DNA of 32,000 bases from Pyrodictium occultum (lineage in GTDB: Archaea; Thermoproteota; Thermoprotei_A; Sulfolobales; Pyrodictiaceae), in NCBI RefSeq assembly GCF_001462395.1, contig NZ_LNTB01000001.1, positions 1,080,001 to 1,112,000 of the forward strand, in the 5' to 3' direction. Under the pieces are notes generated by a model. The model was not told the origin of the DNA and made no database searches. It saw only the letters and a program-made list of their open reading frames with translations. Positions within the stretch are counted from its first letter, which is position 1, and every line of letters begins with the position of its first letter. Made by a program: the position numbers and the translations under genes. Below are positions 1-6,941 of the stretch, in pieces.

Positions 1-186
1 TTCTCCCATCCCTGGGAGTACGTGGATATGTCAAGGGAGCCGGTTAGGCTGGACTGTAGATTCAACACTGGGGAGCCGGCGCTCGAGCTTCTACGGCGCC
101 TCATACGCTTCCTCCGCGGCGAGGGCTACATGCTGGCGACGCTGTGCGAGGCTGTACGCATGCTCGGCCACGATGTGGAGTGCTAG
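1..186 (+). CDS. 3' end of a CDS entering from upstream (possibly a polysaccharide-deacetylase-like C-terminus)
   Basis: Frame 1 is open from base 1 to TAG at 184-186: FSHPWEYVDMSREPVRLDCRFNTGEPALELLRRLIRFLRGEGYMLATLCEAVRMLGHDVEC*. Composition is host-like. The family guess rests only on the HPWE-type tail recalled from memory. Confidence 0.4.
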   Translation, partial: FSHPWEYVDMSREPVRLDCRFNTGEPALELLRRLIRFLRGEGYMLATLCEAVRMLGHDVEC

Positions 187-234
187 CCGGCCCTCCTCTC
201 GACGAGGCTCCGCACCGCCTCGGGAGAGCACTAG

Positions 235-780
235 AATTCCTTGAGGACTTGAGGAGAGCCATAGGGTTCTACTACACTGTTTACAGGGTTATGCTTGAAT
301 CAGGTGCTAGGTATACCCATGTCCTAAGAATGATCAAGGAATGGAATCCTAGTGAGATTATTGAGATACCTGGTGTAGACATAGTATACCAGAGACTAGT
401 ATGCTTTGGGGACAGGGGTTTCTGTAGATATTGTAGATACTACATGGGGGTACGTGGATCAACTAAGCAGTGTAAGCGGATATACTTCTCCCATAAGACC
501 CTGGAATTATTAGAGCAGATTACTCCTAGGAGTATAAGCAGGCATCAGCCTAGAAAATATGCTGAGAAACACGGCTTAATCCTACCAAAGTTATATGAGG
601 AAGATTGCTTGGAGACTAATGACCAAGGCTATGAACAGGGAGGTAGCAAAATTCATACAATCAAGGTTCGGGGAGCTAAGGGTAAGCGAGGCAAGATACG
701 AAGACCTACTAGAAGAAGCAGATCAAGCATACCCAGAATACCTAAAGCATCTGGTTAAAATAGGTCTTACCGACTACTAA
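235..780 (+). pseudogene. Tyrosine recombinase (archaeal SSV/pNOB8-like integrase), catalytic-domain fragment, N-terminally truncated and frameshifted
   Basis: Two overlapping ORFs (144..758 and 595..780) together read ...VMLESGARYTHVLRM... (box I Arg) ...HGLILPKLY / MRKIAWRLMTKAMNREVAKFIQSRFGELRVSEARYEDLL (RK...FIQxR...A-R-Y catalytic Tyr region). Joining them needs a 1-nt frame correction at ~590-597. The part of ORF 144..758 upstream of ~235 is GC-rich host sequence overlapping the preceding gene. Confidence 0.6.
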
Positions 781-788
781 TGTGAGTA

Positions 789-807
789 AATAAAGAAATG
801 AAAGAAT
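789..807 (-). terminator. T-rich tract downstream of the 554-aa gene (possible archaeal oligo-T terminator)
   Basis: The minus strand reads TTCTTTCATTTCTTTATTT about 60 nt after the stop at 866. Confidence 0.25.
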
Positions 808-865
808 TGGTCTTACATCACTCCCTCATTCCTATAACCTGTCACGATGAAGTCACCAGGTCTTC

Positions 866-2530
866 TTAACTGTTGATTAAGTTTTCCAGAAGCTCAGTGA
901 TTGGTATAATTTTTCTTGAACCAAAATCTACTCCGAAAAACTCTATCTTATCCCCATATCTCTTCCTGTAGATGTTTCTGAGAGCAAGTATATCCTTAAA
1001 ATATATCATTAACTGGGGGTTTGGTATTATTATCCATAACTTCAAGCCTTTCTTAAGCCTTGATTCTATTCTTCTCCTAAGCTTTAGCATTGGAAGACCT
1101 GTTCCATATAGGGTCTCTATTTCTACTGCTAATTCGCCTAATTCTGAATCTCTTACGTATACATCTAATCTCCCATCAACAAATTCATATTCGGTTCTTA
1201 TATTTTCTTCCCTAACTCCTATCCTCTTAAGATATTCAACAACAAAAGCTTTTAGTGCATAATGGAGGATAGATTCACCACCAATGTTTTCCTCATCCTC
1301 ACTGCTAGGTTCTACGGAAACTATTGTGGTTATTTTGCTTGCAAGTCTTTCTATTTCATCAAAGTACAAATCTTCTAATCTTACAACAGTCGCATCCAAA
1401 TTGAATAATACTGGAGTCTCCTTTCTTACTATACCCCACATGACTTGAGCAAGTTTAAAAACAATATCATCCTCTTTTATATTAACCTCATAGTATTTTG
1501 GAAATGGTGAATCGATCTTAAGAATCTCCTTAACCTTACTAAGCTTCTCCTCACTACCATAAAATACTAGGAAACCAAGGTTTTGAGAATAAAGTTCCTT
1601 AAGCCTATCCTTAAGATATCTTGTCTCAACATCTACTTTGTCTAAATCTAAGACCCAAACATGTTTATCAGCTCTTATGTCTAGTTTAATTTCATCGAAA
1701 TCTATAGCTTCCATGTGTGCTGGTCTTGGCAACCCTTTGCCATGTATTCTATAAATTTCTCTTAGAATTCTCTTTAATAACTCTACGTATTCGAATTTCT
1801 TGTTTTTAGGCTTTCTTGCAAGAATTATTGCTGGCCTATTAATGTTTAGCTTAAATCCCGACCCAAATATAGTTTGTATCGGATCAAGGAATTCTAATTT
1901 CTCCACTTCATCAGAAGGAATAGTAAGACCAGCTGATACCGCAGTCTTTTCAAATAATAAGTCCTTTAGATATCTTTTCACAGTAATTGTATCGATTCTA
2001 CGGAAAATTATTCTAGGGACAAAGATTAGGTCATGAATTTTATCTGATAATGTTTCTAGTTTTCTGGTAAATATAGTAATAGTCTTAGCTACTTTGCAAT
2101 CAGTAACGCTTTTAAACTCTACTTCTGGTATGTTATTAAGAAGATGTCTCATGATTTCATGTATCTGCGTCACCGGTATTATTGGATTCTCTTTATAAGG
2201 TTTTATTGTGATATCTGATTTCTTTTGAAATTCTAGTTTGGGGACACCAACAGTCCTTATTACAATGGACTTAGACTCTAAATGAATTCTTTTATCGCTA
2301 ATTTTCTCAGTAATCTTCTTAGCAACGTGGAAGTAGGGTACTAATAAAGGCACTTTAACTCTCTTAACTTTTTTGATTACCTCTTCTTCTAAACCATGTT
2401 CTGCAGCAATTTCTAGAGGAGGTATTATGACTTCTATTGTAAATTCAGATTCTCTTTCTTTCCTCTGCCCCCTTTTCTTTTCTTTAACTTCTAATCTACT
2501 CACTACAACCACCCTGTTATGCAGAGCCAA
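866..2530 (-). CDS. Hypothetical 554-aa protein with a C-terminal PD-(D/E)xK (restriction-endonuclease-like) signature; island cargo gene B
   Basis: A 1.66-kb ORF in ~1/3 G+C DNA is very unlikely by chance. The C-terminus reads GGESILHYALKAFVVEYLKRIG...EYEFVDGRLDVYVRDSELGELAVEIETLYG, matching a helix / D / E-x-E pattern. No Walker A GxxxxGK[ST] was seen. The listed start 2530 is TTG. GTG at 2503-2501 overlaps the upstream stop (TAGTG) and is an alternative start. Confidence 0.7.
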   Translation of the reverse strand: MALHNRVVVVSRLEVKEKKRGQRKERESEFTIEVIIPPLEIAAEHGLEEEVIKKVKRVKVPLLVPYFHVAKKITEKISDKRIHLESKSIVIRTVGVPKLEFQKKSDITIKPYKENPIIPVTQIHEIMRHLLNNIPEVEFKSVTDCKVAKTITIFTRKLETLSDKIHDLIFVPRIIFRRIDTITVKRYLKDLLFEKTAVSAGLTIPSDEVEKLEFLDPIQTIFGSGFKLNINRPAIILARKPKNKKFEYVELLKRILREIYRIHGKGLPRPAHMEAIDFDEIKLDIRADKHVWVLDLDKVDVETRYLKDRLKELYSQNLGFLVFYGSEEKLSKVKEILKIDSPFPKYYEVNIKEDDIVFKLAQVMWGIVRKETPVLFNLDATVVRLEDLYFDEIERLASKITTIVSVEPSSEDEENIGGESILHYALKAFVVEYLKRIGVREENIRTEYEFVDGRLDVYVRDSELGELAVEIETLYGTGLPMLKLRRRIESRLKKGLKLWIIIPNPQLMIYFKDILALRNIYRKRYGDKIEFFGVDFGSRKIIPITELLENLINS

Positions 2531-3717
2531 GAAAATCTATTTTTCGTAATTGGCCTAATATAGGCTAAGCCGAGGAGCATTTGAGGAGCAAGAAAAGCTA
2601 TGAACTCCGAATAACTCATTTTGTATTCCTTGTGTTCAAAGTCATGTCCAAATCCTATTCCTACCTCCCCTCCCTTTATAACTCCGTGATAACCATCATG
2701 TTTTCCATATCCTACCGAGTAGCGGAACGTAAGACCCGACCTGGGAGGTAATTGACATCTCCCCTTTTCATCAAGGCTCTCCGTAGAAGAAACAGATTCA
2801 ATTTTTGATATTACATTTGAGAATAGATCTTTTACTATGCTTCCTCTAAGTAAATCTATACAGCTCCTAACGTATTTATAGAATTCGTTTTCAATGTTGA
2901 AAAAGGATGAAACTACGTCCATTGAGAATAAACTGTACACATCTAGTATAACCTCCCTAATTAAGACACCTACGCTACCGTCAGCCCATCCTATAATTTT
3001 CCTTTCCTCCCTGATTTTATTATCAGGAACATCTGGTTCTAGTAAATCTACTAATTGTAGACCATATTTTTTGAGCAAGTTAATAGTGCTTTCCTCGAAT
3101 AGTTTTGGATAAGCTTCTTTAGCATAGAAGTAGGGTATTGAGTAAAGAGAGTTCACGAAGAATGATATAGGGTTATATAGAGGTAGAATAGCTTTTCCAG
3201 CATTGAGTATACTCCTTAAAGCCTCTAGTCCAAAGCTCTCATCCTTTACCTCAATTCTCTTTGGAGCTGGTTTCTCGACAACTCCTCTTAGCATCTTGAA
3301 AATAGCTTGGAGTTTTGAATATAATTCTGATAACCTTAATACAATATTTGTGCTCACTACACTACATGAGATATCTGTGATAGCAGATTCGAGAGTTAAC
3401 CCATCCTTCATCCTCGCTATAATCGTTGATATCGCGTCACGATCTATTCCTATACCAAGAACCTCCCAATAGAATCTAGCAAGTGCGTTATCTACGAAAG
3501 GTTTGTCCTCCTTCCCTTGTAATCCACCGAAAAATACGCTTTTATAGAATGGTTTTTCATTGATTATTGAACTTATGGGCCTACCTTCTAGGTTAGCCTT
3601 AATTTCTTCCCTTAGATTTATAAAGCCTTCAACACTCGCATATAAGTTGGCTAGGTCGTTGTTAAAATAATGTTTCCATGAGTCTTCCTCATAATATTTT
3701 ATCTTCTCGTCGAGCAT
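2503..3717 (-). CDS. Hypothetical 404-aa protein; island cargo gene A (His-rich duplicated motif and hydrophobic C-terminal tail)
   Basis: ATG at 3717 is preceded by GGAGG (3722-3726 on the complement). The 1.2-kb ORF lies in AT-rich DNA and no family was recognised. Near the C-terminus it reads GYGKHDGYHG...GFGHDFEHKEY, followed by FIAFLAPQMLLGLAYI. Its stop overlaps the start region of gene B. Confidence 0.7.
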   Translation of the reverse strand: MLDEKIKYYEEDSWKHYFNNDLANLYASVEGFINLREEIKANLEGRPISSIINEKPFYKSVFFGGLQGKEDKPFVDNALARFYWEVLGIGIDRDAISTIIARMKDGLTLESAITDISCSVVSTNIVLRLSELYSKLQAIFKMLRGVVEKPAPKRIEVKDESFGLEALRSILNAGKAILPLYNPISFFVNSLYSIPYFYAKEAYPKLFEESTINLLKKYGLQLVDLLEPDVPDNKIREERKIIGWADGSVGVLIREVILDVYSLFSMDVVSSFFNIENEFYKYVRSCIDLLRGSIVKDLFSNVISKIESVSSTESLDEKGRCQLPPRSGLTFRYSVGYGKHDGYHGVIKGGEVGIGFGHDFEHKEYKMSYSEFIAFLAPQMLLGLAYIRPITKNRFSWLCITGWL

Positions 3718-3718
3718 G

Positions 3719-3760
3719 ACTCCTCCCTTCTAAATAGACGACATTAATCTATAAAAAAGC
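3719..3760 (-). promoter_or_regulatory. Putative promoter and RBS of the A-B operon
   Basis: The minus strand reads GCTTTTTTATAGATTAATGTCGTCTATTTAGAAGGGAGGAGTC-ATG. The TATA-like TTTTTTATAG lies ~37 nt upstream of the ATG and GGAGG lies 4 nt upstream of it. Confidence 0.4.
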
Positions 3761-4031
3761 TTAATGAAGTAGAGAGGCTTTTCTTTACCTATTAACTCTT
3801 AAGCTTAGCTTATTTCAACCTCTACTAGATTACTAGCTGATGCCAAATATTTTAGTTTTAAGAACTAAGATATGGTGTGGTATCCGGCTTTGGAATCTGA
3901 GAGTACGTGTTGTTTTAGATCCTTTTGATAAAACAAGGTGTTATAGGAGGGAGAAGGGCTTAGAGGTAGGTTTTGAGGTATGTCTTCTATGCCAATTACA
4001 TTGGATAAGAGGCCTGCTCTACAGGCTGATA

Positions 4032-4371
4032 ATGGATTTTGAAGCATACGCGAAAATATCGATAGATACTAGTAGAAAAGGTTTTAAGGAGAAGACTTAG
4101 CCCTGAAGAAAGAGAGCTAGTAATAAAGCTTGTAGGTGAGGGAAGAACAATAAGGGAAATAATAAAAGAACTTAAGGAAGTAAGGAAGCTCGGCCAGCAG
4201 CCGGGCCTTCTCGGCGGGCCGCGAATAGGCAAGACAGTCCCACGTTATGCGGGCAGTAGTACTAATAAGGCGACAATAATACAGCGTATACGCACAGCCC
4301 TCGAAAGCACACCACATACAATAGGCAGGTGGAGCTCATGTGCTTCGAGTATGAGTACGAGTACGACCTAA
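4032..4371 (+). pseudogene. Broken helix-turn-helix gene (transposase/resolvase-type N-terminal HTH); its 3' part is chimeric with GC-rich host DNA
   Basis: The frame opening at 4066 reads ...RRRLSPEERELVIKLVGEGRTIREIIKELKEVRKL... but has no start codon. An ATG at 4032 (MDFEAYAKISIDTSRKGFKEKT*) is one frame off, so a shift is needed near 4078-4090. G+C jumps at ~4195 inside the ORF, which then runs to TAA at 4369-4371. Confidence 0.4.
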
Positions 4372-4502
4372 TACTAGAGGAGCTGAAGAAAAAGCAGGAG
4401 AACAAGAGTCGGAAGAAGATAGCTGAGGAGAGGAGGGAGCCCCAGGTAGAGCAGCCTAGAGAGATGGTGGAGATCACGCAAGCCGTAGCCTGCGCCAACT
4501 AA
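4338..4502 (+). CDS. Possible small charged protein (54 aa)
   Basis: ATG 4338 to TAA 4500-4502 reads MCFEYEYEYDLILEELKKKQENKSRKKIAEERREPQVEQPREMVEITQAVACAN. It is too short for the ORF track and has no recognised family. Confidence 0.2.
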   Translation: MCFEYEYEYDLILEELKKKQENKSRKKIAEERREPQVEQPREMVEITQAVACAN

Positions 4503-4749
4503 CCCCCCGGCCACCGGGAGCCTCTCAAGTCGCATAGCCCGTCTCTGCTCCCACCTTTTCCCCGCCTCGCCATTTATCAGCTGCCCGGGCTTCTACGCCG
4601 TTCGCCAGAGCCTGGATGCCCTGCCGAAGACGCTGGAGGCTAAGCCTCCACCTTCCCATAAGGCCAAGGTGAGGCCAAGGATTGTCAGTAACCGTGAGCC
4701 TCGTTGCCCTATCTCGCTGCCCCGGACCCCGCGCAGTAACAGCATCTCC

Positions 4750-4780
4750 AAAAGCCGTCATGGAGACGCCCCTAGGGGTC
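4750..4780 (-). terminator. Possible terminator after tRNA-Arg (palindrome plus T4)
   Basis: The minus strand downstream of the tRNA 3' end reads ...GACCCCTAGGGGCGTCTCCATGACGGCTTTTGG. It contains a 10-bp palindrome (CCCCTAGGGG) followed by TTTT. Confidence 0.25.
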
Positions 4781-4789
4781 TGCGTGTGG

Positions 4790-4867
4790 TGGCGGGCCCG
4801 CGGGGACTTGAACCCCGGACTACCGGCTCCGAAGGCCGGCGCCCTATCCTGGCTAGGCTACGGGCCC
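4790..4867 (-). tRNA. tRNA-Arg (anticodon TCG), no intron, CCA encoded
   Basis: The reverse complement folds by hand as a cloverleaf: GGGCCCG TA GCCT AGCCAGGATA GGGC G CCGGC CTTCGGA GCCGG TAGTC CGGGG TTCAAGT CCCCG CGGGCCC G CCA. The acceptor has 7 bp, the anticodon stem CCGGC/GCCGG, the 7-nt anticodon loop CU-UCG-GA, and the T-loop is TTCAAGT. Confidence 0.9.
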
Positions 4868-4890
4868 GCCCCCGGGTGCCGGGGTGTATC

Positions 4891-6900
4891 TTACATCCTC
4901 TCTACTGCCTTTATGCCTAGCAGGTCTAGGGCGTTGGCCAGTATCTGTTTCACCGTGTATACCAGGGCTAGCTTGAACACCCTCTTGCCGGGATCAGGCT
5001 CGTTTACCGCGCTGTCGCCACTGGTATACCACTTGTTGAACGTGTCTGCCAGCCTGTTTAGGTAGGCTACTATGAGCTCTGGACGCTGCTCGTCAGCGGC
5101 CTTGGCGAATATGTAGGGGTAGATTAGCGCCTGCAGCACGAGGCTGCGGCGTAGCTGGTTCTCCTCTGCGGCTGTGTAGTCTATGCTGTCCCAGTCTAGG
5201 CTTATTCCGCGCTCTCTCGCCTTCGCCAGTATGCTTGACGCACGGGCGTGTGTGTAGAGGACGTAGGGGGCGCTGTTCCTCTCGAAGTTGAGGGCCTCCT
5301 CTATGCTGAAGGTCATGGGCTTAGAGGCTGACACTGAGACGAGGGTGTAGCGCACCGCTGCCGTACCAACCGCCTCTGCTATCCTCTTCTTCTCGTCCTC
5401 GGGGAGGTCTGGGCTTCTCTTCTCCACCTCTCTCCGCGCCATCTCGACGGCCTGGTCTAGCAGCTCGTCAAGGGTTATGTAGCGGCCCCGGCGGCCGCTC
5501 ATCTTCTGCCCCGGGAGATTCACCATCTCGTACGCGTAGTGGATCATGTTTAGGCCTTCGCGGCGGTAGCCTAGGGCTATGAGTGCCAGCCTCACCTGTA
5601 GCTGTTCGAGCCTCTGCTCAGCCGCTATCACGTTGAATACCTTGCCCGCGTTGAACTCCCTGAACTTCTTTATGCTGTATGCTATGTCCCTCGTGGTGTA
5701 GAGTGTGGTGCCGTCACTCCTCTGGAGGATTAGCGGGGGCACCTCGTAGCTCTCGGGTACGCCCAGGTGCTTGCGCACCACTGGGTCCTTTAGGAGGGGC
5801 TGGAGGTCGAGTGCGAGGGCTCCCTTGTGCACTGTGGCGTAGGGGCTGCGGCGGGCCTGCTCGAGTATCTTGGAGACCATGCTTGTCCAGGCCAGCTCGC
5901 TCTCCCAGTCCCACTTGTCTATGACTATGCCGAGCCTTCCGAGTGTCTCCCGGAACCCCTGGAGGCAGAGATTCACTACTCGGCGGATCTTCTCTACCTT
6001 CTCGGGGCCTCGGCGGTACTCGTAGTCCTGCATTAGCCTCGATATCTCCTCCTCGGGGTTCCTGCCCTGTAGGGCCTTGGCTATCCTCTCAAATAGGGCT
6101 GGGTCCCGCTCCCTCAGCCTCGAGGCGTCTGCAACCAGCTCGTCGAGCTCGCGGAGGAGCTGGCGGTACTCCTCGTACCTCTCCTCCTTTCTGAGCCGCT
6201 CTAACCTCTTCTTCAGCTCCTCTATATCCGCGAGCGTATGCGTTATGGCGTAGACGAGGCCTATCCAGTGGTCTGGCTTAACCCCCTCGGGCGGCTCGCC
6301 GAGGCCTGCGGCGATGTAGCCGTAGGCCAGCACCGCCACCTGGCGGCCCATGTCGTTTATGTAGAAGCGCGTCTGCACCACGTGGCCGCGGGCGCGGAGG
6401 AGCCTGGCCAGGGTGTCCCCGAGGCTAGCGTTCCTCGCGTGGCCTATGTGGAGGGGGTGTACAGGGTTGGCGCTTGTATGCTCCACCACTATCCTCATGG
6501 GTTTATCCGTCTTGACGCGGCCGTACCCGAAGCCCTCCCGCCTAGCCGCGTCGAAGACCAGGCGGGCGGCCTCCACCGCGTTCAGGGTGATGTTCAGGTA
6601 GGCCCCGGCACGCTTGGCTTCGGACACAATCGGCTCCTCGGCGAGTATGCTTGAGGCGTCCTCAAAGAGCCTAGATATGTCGGCGCGGTAGCGTCTTGCA
6701 TACCTAGCCAGCGGGATCCCGTAGTCCCCTAGCTCGGGGTTGGGCGACTCTGCCACGGTGTACTCTATCTGCCTCCTCTCCTCCTCGGAGAGGCTGGCAC
6801 CCTGCCTTTCCAGCGCCTCAGCCACGGCACGGGCTAGAAGCCTCTGGGGAGCGGCCTCGTACACCCTCCTCGAGGGCTGGTCGGGCAAAACACCCCGCAC
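4891..6900 (-). CDS. argS: Arginyl-tRNA synthetase
   Basis: 669 aa with the class I HIGH motif (PLHIGHARNASLGD), an MSGRRG KMSKS-equivalent, and overall ArgRS-like N-terminal and anticodon-binding layout. GTG start. Confidence 0.9.
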   Translation of the reverse strand: MRGVLPDQPSRRVYEAAPQRLLARAVAEALERQGASLSEEERRQIEYTVAESPNPELGDYGIPLARYARRYRADISRLFEDASSILAEEPIVSEAKRAGAYLNITLNAVEAARLVFDAARREGFGYGRVKTDKPMRIVVEHTSANPVHPLHIGHARNASLGDTLARLLRARGHVVQTRFYINDMGRQVAVLAYGYIAAGLGEPPEGVKPDHWIGLVYAITHTLADIEELKKRLERLRKEERYEEYRQLLRELDELVADASRLRERDPALFERIAKALQGRNPEEEISRLMQDYEYRRGPEKVEKIRRVVNLCLQGFRETLGRLGIVIDKWDWESELAWTSMVSKILEQARRSPYATVHKGALALDLQPLLKDPVVRKHLGVPESYEVPPLILQRSDGTTLYTTRDIAYSIKKFREFNAGKVFNVIAAEQRLEQLQVRLALIALGYRREGLNMIHYAYEMVNLPGQKMSGRRGRYITLDELLDQAVEMARREVEKRSPDLPEDEKKRIAEAVGTAAVRYTLVSVSASKPMTFSIEEALNFERNSAPYVLYTHARASSILAKARERGISLDWDSIDYTAAEENQLRRSLVLQALIYPYIFAKAADEQRPELIVAYLNRLADTFNKWYTSGDSAVNEPDPGKRVFKLALVYTVKQILANALDLLGIKAVERM

Positions 6901-6941
6901 CCAGGCGCGGGGCCTGACTGCATGCTAGGGTAAAGTAGGCT

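Larger units (their letters stand above)
235..4195. mobile_element. AT-rich genomic island, a decayed integrative element remnant: integrase fragment, two-gene cargo operon, broken HTH gene
   Basis: G+C drops abruptly near 232-240 and recovers near 4195. Hand counts of sample lines give about one third G+C inside (901-960) and well over half outside (5101-5160). A tyrosine-recombinase fragment sits at the left edge and a tRNA-Arg gene lies ~600 bp beyond the right edge. No clear att direct repeats were found by eye. Confidence 0.6.

Noticed and set aside
144-234. Upstream extension of the integrase ORF (MRGCTHARPRCGVLAGPPLDEAPHRLGRA...)
   Set aside because: This part is GC-rich host DNA that overlaps the 3' end of the preceding gene (stop at 184-186). 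The frame is open by chance, and the recombinase-like sequence only begins in the AT-rich part.
186-260. Search for a copy of the tRNA-Arg 3' half at the island's left junction (the attL/attR expected for SSV-type integration)
   Set aside because: I could not find any convincing match to the tRNA sequence by eye. Only a short shared CCGCCTCG octamer turned up elsewhere, so tRNA-targeted integration is not asserted.
972-3472. Plus-strand ORFs of 72-96 aa antisense to the two island genes
   Set aside because: They are short, S/L/I/F-rich and antisense to much longer ORFs. No start context or motif was seen.
3840-4317. ORFs 3840..4100(+), 3865..4047(-), 3996..4232(-) and 4117..4317(-) in the island's divergent spacer
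   Set aside because: They are mutually overlapping with implausible compositions (Cys/Trp/Leu-rich). The region is better explained as promoter DNA plus the broken HTH gene.
4525-4761. 78-aa minus-strand ORF between the island and tRNA-Arg, considered as a possible int(N) fragment
   Set aside because: It has no resemblance to integrase N-termini. It is Arg/Gly/Ala-rich, lies in a repeat-rich spacer, and has no start context.
5679-6654. Multiple 60-138-aa ORFs on both strands within argS
   Set aside because: These are shadow ORFs inside a well-supported ArgRS gene, with Arg/Pro/Gly/Ala-rich translations.
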